In this document: in pieces, positions 17,861 to 27,068 of the stretch
Position numbering within the stretch: the stretch's first letter is position 1
Layout: every line of letters starts with the position of its first letter
Assembly (NCBI GenBank): GCA_964602665.1
Contig: CAZRRH010000002.1
Location: forward strand, 1 to 60,170
Source of the DNA: an uncultured Candidatus Saccharibacteria bacterium
Lineage (GTDB): Bacteria; Patescibacteriota; Dojkabacteria; SC72; WJKH01
Direction: 5' to 3'
DNA: 60,170 bases
The notes under the pieces: model-generated
The model's database searches: none
Told to the model about the DNA's origin: nothing
Seen by the model: the letters and a program-made list of their open reading frames with translations, nothing else
Program-made: the position numbers and the translations under genes

Positions 17861-18538
17861 CTAGAGCCTGTTAAGGTACATATCGAGCTCTCTCATGTAC
17901 CTTGTGACGCCATTTGCCCAAGGATGGGCGGGATCTTGAGAGCAAGGAGGACAATAGGCAGGTTCAATTTGGCTTGGAGTAAGGGTTGTTCCATAACCAA
18001 CGGCCAGTCCTCTTGTTACATCTGCGATTGATTCTGCCCAATTATTCCAGCTACTCCATGTCCTTTGTCCGTTTTCTGTACGACCACCTCTCCAACCCCA
18101 TGCGTTATTTGTATTTATAGGAGTGATTCTTCCAAAAGCCGATTCTACCCCTGATATTGAAACGACAAGCCTCCAATCAAGTCCATATCTATCAGCTTCA
18201 TAAATAAAAATATCCGCATAAGGATACATAGGCGAGTTATAGTCCAGTAAAAAGTTGCGAAGAGCGATAACTCTAGGATCGTTATAAGACATATTGGCAT
18301 ATCCTGATACCATTTGAGATGAGTTTTTACTTGAAATACCTGATGAGCTAAAGTTGCTGTATTGATACTGCTTTTGTGCTGGAGACAAGCTGTTGATTAT
18401 ATAATCTTGTTCTGATGCAATAATAGTGCTTATTCTATTTGTTAGAGTAGTTTCTACCATTGGGGATATATATAAAGAATAAGCCGTCATTATAATGAAA
18501 TATAGAAACCACTTTGAAATAGATTTGTAATTTTTCAT
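17861..18538 (-). CDS. Exported lysozyme/glucosaminidase-like protein
   Basis: N-terminal TM; ADRYGLDWRLVVSISGVESAFG..NNAWGW resembles SLT/glucosaminidase-like domains with a putative catalytic Glu. Confidence 0.6.
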   Translation of the reverse strand: MKNYKSISKWFLYFIIMTAYSLYISPMVETTLTNRISTIIASEQDYIINSLSPAQKQYQYSNFSSSGISSKNSSQMVSGYANMSYNDPRVIALRNFLLDYNSPMYPYADIFIYEADRYGLDWRLVVSISGVESAFGRITPINTNNAWGWRGGRTENGQRTWSSWNNWAESIADVTRGLAVGYGTTLTPSQIEPAYCPPCSQDPAHPWANGVTRYMRELDMYLNRL

Positions 18539-18602
18539 AAACTCTCGTAAAATAAGATAGATCCCTTTCTATTTTACTTTGTAAAGAAGATTAAGTCAAT
18601 TT

Positions 18603-21600
18603 ATGGAGTTTACACATTTGCACTTACATACAGATTTTTCCCTATTAGACGGTGTTTCACAAATCCCTGCACTTATAGAGAAGCTCCAAAAAGAGCAGAT
18701 GAAAGCCTGTGCAATAACTGATCATGGGAATTTATATGGCGGATATAAGTTCTTTTCAGCATGTAAAGCGGCAGGTATAAAACCAATAATTGGAGCAGAA
18801 ATTTATATTGCACCAAGAAGTATGCAAGATAAGGAGAAAGATGTTGATAATAAATACATGCATTTAGTGCTTTTAGCAAAGAATTTCCAAGGGTACAAAA
18901 ATCTTATAAAAATACTCTCAGCAGGGCATATGGAGGGATTTTATTATAAACCAAGAGTAGACTTTGAGCTTTTAAGTAAGTATAGCGAAGGTTTAATTGC
19001 ACTGTCGGCTTGTCTCGGAGGTATAATCAGCAGACCTCTTCTAAATAAAGATAAGAAACTTGCAGTTGGAAATCTTAAGAAGTATAGCAATCTTTACAAA
19101 GATAATTTTTATATTGAAATACAAAGAAATGGTATAAAAGAGCAGGAGACTGTAAACAAATCTCTTTTGGAAATGGCTAAGGAGTATTCTTTGCCAATTG
19201 TGGCAACTTGTGACGCACATTATCTTGAAAAAGAAGATTATGAGCTCCAAGAGATATTGTGGGCTATATCTGACGGACATACAATATTTGATCCAAACAG
19301 ACGAAAAGCATCTGCACAAGAATTTTATGTCAAATCAACAAAGGAGATGCAGGAGTTATTTTCTGATTTACCCGAAGCGATTGAAAATACTCAAAAGATT
19401 GTTGATGCCATTGAAGATTATGATATTAATCTTGGAAGAGTAGAACCTGTTTTCCAGATATCAGAGAAGACAAAAAAGGATCATAAAAAATATGTTGCAG
19501 ATAAGCTGCAGGAAATGGCTTATGAAGGGGCAAAAATCAAGTACGGAAAACTTACTGATGAAGTAAAAAAAAGAATTGATTATGAACTCAAAGTAATCGA
19601 TGATAAAGGTTATAACGATTATTTCTTGATTATGCATGATTTTGTTGATTTTTGTAGGAAGAATGGGATAGTAACCGGCATGAGAGGATCAGGTTGTGGC
19701 TCTGTCGTTGCTTATTCTATAGGGATAACTCATGTGGAGCCTTTTGAATGGGAGCTCTATTTTGAAAGATTCTTAAACTATGAGAGAGCCGACCCCCCAG
19801 ATTTCGATATCGATGTCGCAGACGATAGAAGAGATGAGTTAATCCAATATGCGATTGACAAATATGGTATTGACTGTGTGAAGCAGATCGGTACTTTTAG
19901 TAAATTAATGACAAGACAGGCTATAAGAGATGTTGCAAGAGTGCTTGGTATTGACTTGTCCATTGCAGATAGATTATCAAAAAAAGTTATCATACAGTTT
20001 GGTAAATCTAAGTCTTTGGATTATATGATGGAGAATGATGTTGAGTTTGCTCAAATAATAAATTCATCCCCTGAGCTTCTTAGGCTGGCTGATATTGTGC
20101 GTAAGCTCTCAGGAGTGCATAGAGGTGTCTCAACGCACGCCTGTGGCATCGTAATAACGCCACAGCCTGTTGTAGAGTACTGTCCAATACAAAGAGATGC
20201 CCATGGAGCAGGCATTGGCATGACTCAGTATGAGATGTTTGATATTGATCCTATGGGACTTATCAAATTTGACTTCTTGGGACTCAAAAATCTTTCTGTT
20301 ATTGGTAGGACAATAAGAACTATAAAAGCAACAAAAGATCCTGATTTTGATTTGGCAAAGATTGATTATAAAGATAAAAAAGTTTTTGAAACAATAATGA
20401 TGGGGCATACGGTTGGCATTTTCCAGATGGAGGGAGGCGGAATGAAAAAAGTCGTATCTGAGATAAGGCCAGATAGTCTTGAGGAAATATGCTATGTTTT
20501 AGCTGCATACAGGCCTGGTCCTATGGAATTTATACCGGACTTTGTATCTGTTAAGAGAGGAAAGAAAAATCCTGAATATATTGTTCCAGAAATGAAAGAA
20601 ATTCTTGAAGTTACAAATGGTGTCATAACTTATCAAGAGCAAATCATGAAATTGCTAAATGTCCTTGCTGGTTATGAGCTCGGTGCTGCAAGTGTTGTCA
20701 TGAAAGCAATGAGCAAGAAAAAAATGGATAAGGTCGAGGCAGAAAAACCTAAGTTTATGGAAGGAGGTATTGCAAAAGGATTTGATGAGAAAGCTCTTGA
20801 AGAAATCTGGGAAAAGCTTCTAAGATTTGCTAATTACGGATTTAATAAGGCACACAGCTCCTCATATGCTCATGTAAGTTATTGGACAGCATACCTAAAA
20901 ACACATTACCCATTTGAGTTTATGTGCTCTTTACTTGAATCAGATCTTGAGAAATTTGATAGACTGGTAATTGATATGGAAGAGTGTAAAAGGCTTGGTA
21001 TAAAAGTATTATCGCCGAGCATAAATAAAAGCTATCACTATTTTAGAGTAGAGGATGATGTTAATATTAGAATTGGTCTTGGTGCTATAAAAAATGTTGG
21101 TGTCGATATTTGCAAAGATATAGTTGAAGACAGAAAAAAGAATGGAGATTTCTTAAATTTTGATGATTTTATATATAGAGCGAACAAGATCGGAGTAGGC
21201 AAAAAAATAATCTTATATCTTGTACAAGCTGGAGCTTTGGATGAATTTGGGGATCGAGGAGGTATGATTTCTTTGCTTGATAATTTGTACGATTTTTATC
21301 GCAAAAAAGTAGAGAAAGAGGCTAATGGCCAAAAGGGTCTATTTACGACTAAAAAGCAGGACGATGGACACATAACATTTTCGTCACAAATTCCAACTGA
21401 TAAAAAAATGACAGCACTGCAAATGCTTGAATATGAGAAGGAACTTTTGGGAGTCTATATAAGTAGTCATCCACTTGATCAATTTGAAGAGCTTTTTATA
21501 TCAAAAGGTGTCGTTAATATCGTGGATTTGGATAAATATAAGGACGGAGAATTAGTTCTAATTGGCGGATATATAACAAATATTAAGAGAATAACTACAA

Positions 21601-22013
21601 AAAATGGCGATTCGATGGCGTTTGTGACGATCGAAGATAGGGGAGGGCGAGTCGATATTGTAATATTCCCAAAAAGTCTTGAGACAATGCAACCTGAACT
21701 TGTAAGTAAAGCCCCTATACTTTTTGCAGGTAAAGTAAGCAGAAGAAACGATAGTATAAGTATACTTGCAAATAAAGCAAAAGCAATTGATCCCACAAAG
21801 CATATCGAGCAATTTGATGGAATAACTTTTAGGATAAGAGATTGGCATACTGAGCAAGAAGTCCAGGATCTTAAAGAAAGTATAAAAACTAATGGTGGAG
21901 ATGTAAAAGTAAAAATTGTTAACTATAAAGATGGTGAAAACAGCATTTTTATGCTTAAGCATACGATTAAAATTACAGATAAAATTAAACAATTACAGGA
22001 TAGGTTTGTTTAG
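18603..22013 (+). CDS. dnaE: DNA polymerase III subunit alpha
   Basis: PHP (HLHLHT.FSLLDG, ITDHG), RGSG, PDFDID, THACG, KFDFLGL, YGFNKAHS, OB fold. Confidence 0.98.
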   Translation: MEFTHLHLHTDFSLLDGVSQIPALIEKLQKEQMKACAITDHGNLYGGYKFFSACKAAGIKPIIGAEIYIAPRSMQDKEKDVDNKYMHLVLLAKNFQGYKNLIKILSAGHMEGFYYKPRVDFELLSKYSEGLIALSACLGGIISRPLLNKDKKLAVGNLKKYSNLYKDNFYIEIQRNGIKEQETVNKSLLEMAKEYSLPIVATCDAHYLEKEDYELQEILWAISDGHTIFDPNRRKASAQEFYVKSTKEMQELFSDLPEAIENTQKIVDAIEDYDINLGRVEPVFQISEKTKKDHKKYVADKLQEMAYEGAKIKYGKLTDEVKKRIDYELKVIDDKGYNDYFLIMHDFVDFCRKNGIVTGMRGSGCGSVVAYSIGITHVEPFEWELYFERFLNYERADPPDFDIDVADDRRDELIQYAIDKYGIDCVKQIGTFSKLMTRQAIRDVARVLGIDLSIADRLSKKVIIQFGKSKSLDYMMENDVEFAQIINSSPELLRLADIVRKLSGVHRGVSTHACGIVITPQPVVEYCPIQRDAHGAGIGMTQYEMFDIDPMGLIKFDFLGLKNLSVIGRTIRTIKATKDPDFDLAKIDYKDKKVFETIMMGHTVGIFQMEGGGMKKVVSEIRPDSLEEICYVLAAYRPGPMEFIPDFVSVKRGKKNPEYIVPEMKEILEVTNGVITYQEQIMKLLNVLAGYELGAASVVMKAMSKKKMDKVEAEKPKFMEGGIAKGFDEKALEEIWEKLLRFANYGFNKAHSSSYAHVSYWTAYLKTHYPFEFMCSLLESDLEKFDRLVIDMEECKRLGIKVLSPSINKSYHYFRVEDDVNIRIGLGAIKNVGVDICKDIVEDRKKNGDFLNFDDFIYRANKIGVGKKIILYLVQAGALDEFGDRGGMISLLDNLYDFYRKKVEKEANGQKGLFTTKKQDDGHITFSSQIPTDKKMTALQMLEYEKELLGVYISSHPLDQFEELFISKGVVNIVDLDKYKDGELVLIGGYITNIKRITTKNGDSMAFVTIEDRGGRVDIVIFPKSLETMQPELVSKAPILFAGKVSRRNDSISILANKAKAIDPTKHIEQFDGITFRIRDWHTEQEVQDLKESIKTNGGDVKVKIVNYKDGENSIFMLKHTIKITDKIKQLQDRFV

Positions 22014-22015
22014 GA

Positions 22016-22050
22016 AATTTTTAATTTTAAATTCTAAATTTTAAATTATA
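22016..22050. repeat. Five tandem AT-rich heptamers AATT(T/C/A)T(T/A)
   Basis: AATTTTT AATTTTA AATTCTA AATTTTA AATTATA read directly between dnaE and uvrC. Confidence 0.75.
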
Positions 22051-22077
22051 CAGAGAGATTATTCTTCTTTTTGATTT

Positions 22078-23385
22078 ATGAAAACAAATGAAATTTTGGA
22101 ACAGTTACCAATAAGTTGTGGAGTTTATAAGTTTTTTGATAAGGAAAATAAACTTCTATATATCGGCAAGGCCAGCAATTTAAAACAAAGGGTTTCTTCG
22201 TATTTTCATGACAATCACGTTGATAGGCCTCACATTATCCCAATGATTCCGCTCATAGAGGATATAAAATTTATCCAGACTGTAAATGAAGTTGAGGCGC
22301 TTATTCTTGAGTCTGCCCTCATTAAAAAGTATCAGCCTAAATTTAATATTGATTTGAAAGATGACAAATCATTTGGATGGATTTTTATATCTACTAAGGC
22401 CGACATTCCTCAAGTCAAAATTGTTAGATCAATAAAAAAAGCAGATTACAAAGGGGGAAGGCTATTTGGTCCGTATCCTCACGGTATTGTTATAAAAAGA
22501 GTTTATAAATATCTTCGCATGATTTTCCCGTTTTGCAATTGTAAAAACGATAGAGAGGAGCTTTTATATCATCAAATAGGATTATGTCCAGGTCCAATTA
22601 TCGGTAAGATATCAAAAGAAGAGTACAAAAAAAGTATAAATAAACTAATCGATTTCCTCTCAGGAAGAAGAGTTTCGCCTATAAAAGCACTAAGTAAGAA
22701 CCTTGATTTACTAATAAAAGAGCAAAGATTTGAAGAAGCCCAGAAAATTAGCGAAAAAATAAAGGATCTGCAATATATAACTCAAAGAATAGATATTGAT
22801 CACTTATCAAATGAGCAGGATTACAGAATAAAGAGAGAAAGTACATTAAAAAAATCAAATGAGATGCTTGCAAAAGAGCTCAAGCTCGAGAGAATAAATA
22901 GGATTGAATGCTATGATATTTCTAATATAGGAGGAGATTTCTCTTACGGATCAATGGTTGTCGCAAATGATGGGATAATTAATACATCAGGTTATCGAGC
23001 TTTTAAAATAAAAACAGTTGAAGGTGCAAATGATTATGCGTCATTAAATGAAGTTTTATCAAGGCGAATAATCCATATTGACAACAATTCGAAAGACCAG
23101 AGTTTAAATACTAAACCTGATATTATACTTATAGATGGTGGAAAAGGGCAGGTGAAAGCTGTTGCAGATATTGTCCCAGAAGATATTATTTTAATGGGTA
23201 TAAGTAAAGGGAGAAAATTTGCTCGTGCCGGGGGCAAAAGATCAAATCAATACTGGAGTAGGCAGGGAGAATTAATAACAATAAAAAGCGATTTTGTTTT
23301 AGTAAATTTGAGGGATGAAGCTCACAGATTTGCAATAAAGTTCTACAGACAAGGGCACAACAAAAGTCTGCAAAACGACAAATAA
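22078..23385 (+). CDS. uvrC: Excinuclease ABC subunit C (short form)
   Basis: GIY-YIG (GVYKF..LLYIGKASNLKQRVSSYF, EALILES), RIECYDISN, IDGGKGQ, LRDEAHRFA; ends without an HhH domain. Confidence 0.92.
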   Translation: MKTNEILEQLPISCGVYKFFDKENKLLYIGKASNLKQRVSSYFHDNHVDRPHIIPMIPLIEDIKFIQTVNEVEALILESALIKKYQPKFNIDLKDDKSFGWIFISTKADIPQVKIVRSIKKADYKGGRLFGPYPHGIVIKRVYKYLRMIFPFCNCKNDREELLYHQIGLCPGPIIGKISKEEYKKSINKLIDFLSGRRVSPIKALSKNLDLLIKEQRFEEAQKISEKIKDLQYITQRIDIDHLSNEQDYRIKRESTLKKSNEMLAKELKLERINRIECYDISNIGGDFSYGSMVVANDGIINTSGYRAFKIKTVEGANDYASLNEVLSRRIIHIDNNSKDQSLNTKPDIILIDGGKGQVKAVADIVPEDIILMGISKGRKFARAGGKRSNQYWSRQGELITIKSDFVLVNLRDEAHRFAIKFYRQGHNKSLQNDK

Positions 23386-23458
23386 AAGCCTTGAAAATAT
23401 ACACTAATTTTAAACACTATGATATAATCGGAAGATTTAAATTTTGATTAATAAAAAA

Positions 23459-23845
23459 ATGAAAATACAAGTTTTTGGAACGGGATGCCCAACATGTTTG
23501 GAGCTTTTTGATAAAGTTAAAAAGGTTAGGGAAGAACTAAAAATTGAGGATGAGGTAAGTTATACTTCTGATATAATGGAGATCGCAAATGAAGGAATTG
23601 CTGCTACTCCAGCCTTAAAAATTAATGGTAAGGTCATTTTTGCCGGTAGAGCTCCATCTATTGAGGAGATAAAGGAGAAATTTCAATTTATAATTGAATC
23701 GGATTCATCTCTGGAAGTTGATGCACATACATGCGACTGTAATTGTGCAGATGATTGCAAATGTGGCGCTGGAAATTGCGACTGCGGATGTGACGAAGGA
23801 AATTGTGATTGCAAAGATAACTGTAGTTGTGGATGTCAAGATTAA
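23459..23845 (+). CDS. MTH895/ArsE-like small thioredoxin fused to a Cys-rich metallothionein-like tail
   Basis: MKIQVFGTGCPTC...TPALKING..GRAPS; last 39 aa contain 13 Cys. Start ATG 23459 (track used TTG 23444). Confidence 0.85.
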   Translation: MKIQVFGTGCPTCLELFDKVKKVREELKIEDEVSYTSDIMEIANEGIAATPALKINGKVIFAGRAPSIEEIKEKFQFIIESDSSLEVDAHTCDCNCADDCKCGAGNCDCGCDEGNCDCKDNCSCGCQD

Positions 23846-23869
23846 AATTTTGAATAAAATTGTTCTAAT

Positions 23870-24322
23870 ATGCAAGTTAATATTAATAAAAAACTGTTAT
23901 ATATATTATTAGCGATTATTTTTCTTATCATAGCGGCCCAAATTCTTATCGTAAAATTTGGCAAGAAAGAATCTGAGCAGGAGATACAGAAAGGTGATAG
24001 ATTAGAAATATTGCAATTCCATGGAAATATTAAATGTGCTTCGTGCACAACGCTTAGTGATAATATTAATGCCGTTTTGGATGAAAAATTTACTGATAAA
24101 AAAGAGCAAAATAAGATTGTTTATAAATTAATAAATGTTGATCTAGCGAAGAATCAACAAATTGTCCAAAAATATAATGCAAAAGATGGCAATGTATATT
24201 TTAATGTAATTAATGGAGACGAAGAAACAGCAATCGCCGAGTACTCTATATGGGGTTACATATACGATAAAGAGGGTTTTAGCTCATATTTGGAAAATAA
24301 AATAAACAGCTTATTAAATTAA
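23870..24322 (+). CDS. ArsF-like membrane-anchored thioredoxin-fold protein
   Basis: N-terminal TM, LEILQFHGNIKCASC, INVD..N.....KY pattern. Confidence 0.7.
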   Translation: MQVNINKKLLYILLAIIFLIIAAQILIVKFGKKESEQEIQKGDRLEILQFHGNIKCASCTTLSDNINAVLDEKFTDKKEQNKIVYKLINVDLAKNQQIVQKYNAKDGNVYFNVINGDEETAIAEYSIWGYIYDKEGFSSYLENKINSLLN

Positions 24323-24966
24323 TGCAAACGGTAATATCTATATTTTTGGCGGGTTTATTAATGACAGTAAGTCCGTGTCAGTTTAGTAGCAATATTTCTG
24401 CTGTAGCATTTTTATCAAGAGATGTACAGAATAAAAAGAAAGCCTTGCTTAATAATGGATTGTATATTATCGGTCGAGCGAGTGTTTATTTAATAATCAC
24501 TATAATAATCTACACAGGTGCAGCAAATATAAATTTACATGAATTATCTGAAAAAATCCTAGCGCCGTTATTTATAGTCGCAGGAATACTCATGCTTGAT
24601 ATTATTAAAATAAAAGGTTTGCATAACAGCAAATTCGTTGAGAAAATAAATGGGAAGTCATTTTTAGGCTCGTTTTTATTTGGAATTGTACTGGCACTGT
24701 CTTTTTGTCCTCATAGCTTGGGCATATTTTTAGGGGTTTTTATTCCTATCGTTTTAAAAAACGAAATGCCTTTATTATCACCTATTTTTTTTGCCCTTGG
24801 GAGCTCATTACCAGTAATTATTTTTTCAATAATAATCGTATTTAGCGCCAATAAACTTGGGATTGTATTTAATGCAGTTAAGAAAATCGAGAAATGGGTT
24901 AGAAGAATTGCTGGATTAATTATGTTGGGAGCAGGTTTGTACTATCTTATATTGGAAATAATATAA
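24322..24966 (+). CDS. ArsG-like / DsbD-CcdA family membrane protein
   Basis: GLLMTVSPCQFSSNISA and ALSFCPHS Cys pair, GRASVY, six TM helices; 1-nt overlap with upstream gene. Confidence 0.8.
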   Translation: MQTVISIFLAGLLMTVSPCQFSSNISAVAFLSRDVQNKKKALLNNGLYIIGRASVYLIITIIIYTGAANINLHELSEKILAPLFIVAGILMLDIIKIKGLHNSKFVEKINGKSFLGSFLFGIVLALSFCPHSLGIFLGVFIPIVLKNEMPLLSPIFFALGSSLPVIIFSIIIVFSANKLGIVFNAVKKIEKWVRRIAGLIMLGAGLYYLILEII

Positions 24967-26060
24967 TCGTACATATTTGAAATTGCTTCATTATTTCCAT
25001 ATCTCTCAATTAAGAAAACGACTTTTTTATTATACTGTATCAATATCGTTACAGAATTAGGGATCTGGGACAGTTGAGTTTCTGACTCTGTATTTGATTG
25101 CCCAGAAGAATTAGTTGTAGTATTTGGCTGTACTTGAGCCTCAAGAACCGTTCCAATACTTAACTGTTTATAACTATGATTATCGATTTTATATCCTCTT
25201 GAAAGCTCGACATCATCGATATATTTATCAATAGTGCCCCCTGTGTAGATCATAACAGGGAAAAGATCAATACGGCCACTTTCGCCTTTAGTTTTAAAAG
25301 ACACGCCAAAAATCTCACTAATAACTGTCTCTGCTGAGTCAATTATATAATATGTTGCAACATAATCTCTGTCTATCTGTAATTGCCAAGGATAATTAGG
25401 TAGAAGAGACACCTTCTTTGCATCTTCGATTATTTGTGCGATTTCTTTTTCATAATTAACAATATCTGACAACCCATTCCTAGCCTGTTCATCTGTTATT
25501 TTTTGATACCATATGTCATTTATTTGATCGTATAGCCTTATGCCAATTCCTTCAGATTCTTTTTGCCAGTAAAAGCCATATTTTTTATCTGTAGACTCAG
25601 GAGGGACTTCTTGTACAAAAGTCCATCCGAATTTTTCCATGTTTTCTTTGTAATACTGTGTGGCATCTTTAAAGGTTTTTGAAGGAGAAATTCTGTATAT
25701 TGAATAACCCTTGCCAATAAACTCTTGAACAGCCAACTCTTCTGTTTTGTTTTGAAATACAAATTCAGAATAAGGATAAGCAGGTACATCTTCAAATCCT
25801 ATAACGCGATCCTCTGTATAATCATCTAGGTTTACCGAAGGCTTTTCTCTTATCTTAAGGACAAGTTGTACAAGTGATATTATGAGAATGAAAACAGATA
25901 TTCCAATAATGGGAACTAATATTAGTGTCGCCAAGTTTTTCTTGCCTGTGCTCAGAGTGAATAGGCGATTTCTTTTTATTCTTTTACTAGAATTTTTTTT
26001 AGGGAGCTTAATTTGCCCAGGAGTAAAAGGTTTTATTTGCTTCTTTTTTTTAAAAATCAT
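24942..26060 (-). CDS. Hypothetical single-pass membrane protein
   Basis: Long ORF with basic N-terminus and one TM. Start set to ATG 26060 (MIFKKK); the track start at 26123 overlaps dus. Confidence 0.65.
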   Translation of the reverse strand: MIFKKKKQIKPFTPGQIKLPKKNSSKRIKRNRLFTLSTGKKNLATLILVPIIGISVFILIISLVQLVLKIREKPSVNLDDYTEDRVIGFEDVPAYPYSEFVFQNKTEELAVQEFIGKGYSIYRISPSKTFKDATQYYKENMEKFGWTFVQEVPPESTDKKYGFYWQKESEGIGIRLYDQINDIWYQKITDEQARNGLSDIVNYEKEIAQIIEDAKKVSLLPNYPWQLQIDRDYVATYYIIDSAETVISEIFGVSFKTKGESGRIDLFPVMIYTGGTIDKYIDDVELSRGYKIDNHSYKQLSIGTVLEAQVQPNTTTNSSGQSNTESETQLSQIPNSVTILIQYNKKVVFLIERYGNNEAISNMYDYIISNIR

Positions 26061-26117
26061 GCTTTTAAAATATAAACTGTTACTTTGTTTTGATATTGTG
26101 GTATGGTATAATTTACT

Positions 26118-27068
26118 ATGCAATCAAATAAAAATCAAGTATGGTTAGCTCCTATGGATGGTTGGACTGACTGGGCTCTCAGGAGAGCAATAAAAGATAA
26201 AAACTGTTATGATAATGTTACTTATTTTACCGAATTTGTACACGTACAGTCTTTAATAAGAGATATTTACAACAATAAAAAGGTTCTTTATAGGCTTAGA
26301 AATGAAGATGATATTGCACAGCTTTATGGACAAGACGAGGAAGCGTTTTTTAAAGCTAGTCAAATGCTTATAAAGCAAGGATTTAAAGGAATAGATATAA
26401 ATATGGGTTGTAGCATAAGGAAAATTGCGACAAGAGGCGATGGCGCTGGATTAATAAGAGATAGAGAAAATGCAATAAAAGTAATAAGAGCAGTTAAAAA
26501 AGCGGTTAAACAAAGTGGAAAAAATATCACAGTTTCAATAAAAACGAGACTTGGTTTTGATAAAGATGATGGTGAGAATTGGATTTCATTGCTTGTACAG
26601 GAGCAGCCTGATTGGATTACAATACACGGTAGAACATATGCTCAAGGTTTTAGCGGTAAAGCCAATTGGAGTAGAGTAGGTGAAATAGCTAAATATGTCA
26701 CAAAGAACTTTGGATACAACAAAATTGTTGGCAATGGAGATATTAAGAGCATAGAACAGGCTCATGATTTGCAAGAAAAATATAATTTATATGCCACAAT
26801 GATTGGTAGAAATTTGAGATCTTTTATAATCGATCCTACTCGTGATATAAATGAGCAAAAAATTACTATCACATCCTTTCTGATTAAGTATTTATCTTAT
26901 CATAGAGAGCATTTATCTAAATTTTTTGGCAGCGAAAAATCTGCTTATGATTATACAAAGAAAATTAGCATAATAATGCTTAAAGGACTTAGCAATATTA
27001 AACAATTAAAAATTGATCTTTTAGTTGCTGATAACTATGATAGAGCGTTAGAAGTATTGGCTCTATAG
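26118..27068 (+). CDS. dus: tRNA-dihydrouridine synthase
   Basis: LAPMDGWTD, GIDINMGC, VSIKTRLG, ITIHGRT, VGNGDI, MIGR. Confidence 0.92.
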   Translation: MQSNKNQVWLAPMDGWTDWALRRAIKDKNCYDNVTYFTEFVHVQSLIRDIYNNKKVLYRLRNEDDIAQLYGQDEEAFFKASQMLIKQGFKGIDINMGCSIRKIATRGDGAGLIRDRENAIKVIRAVKKAVKQSGKNITVSIKTRLGFDKDDGENWISLLVQEQPDWITIHGRTYAQGFSGKANWSRVGEIAKYVTKNFGYNKIVGNGDIKSIEQAHDLQEKYNLYATMIGRNLRSFIIDPTRDINEQKITITSFLIKYLSYHREHLSKFFGSEKSAYDYTKKISIIMLKGLSNIKQLKIDLLVADNYDRALEVLAL

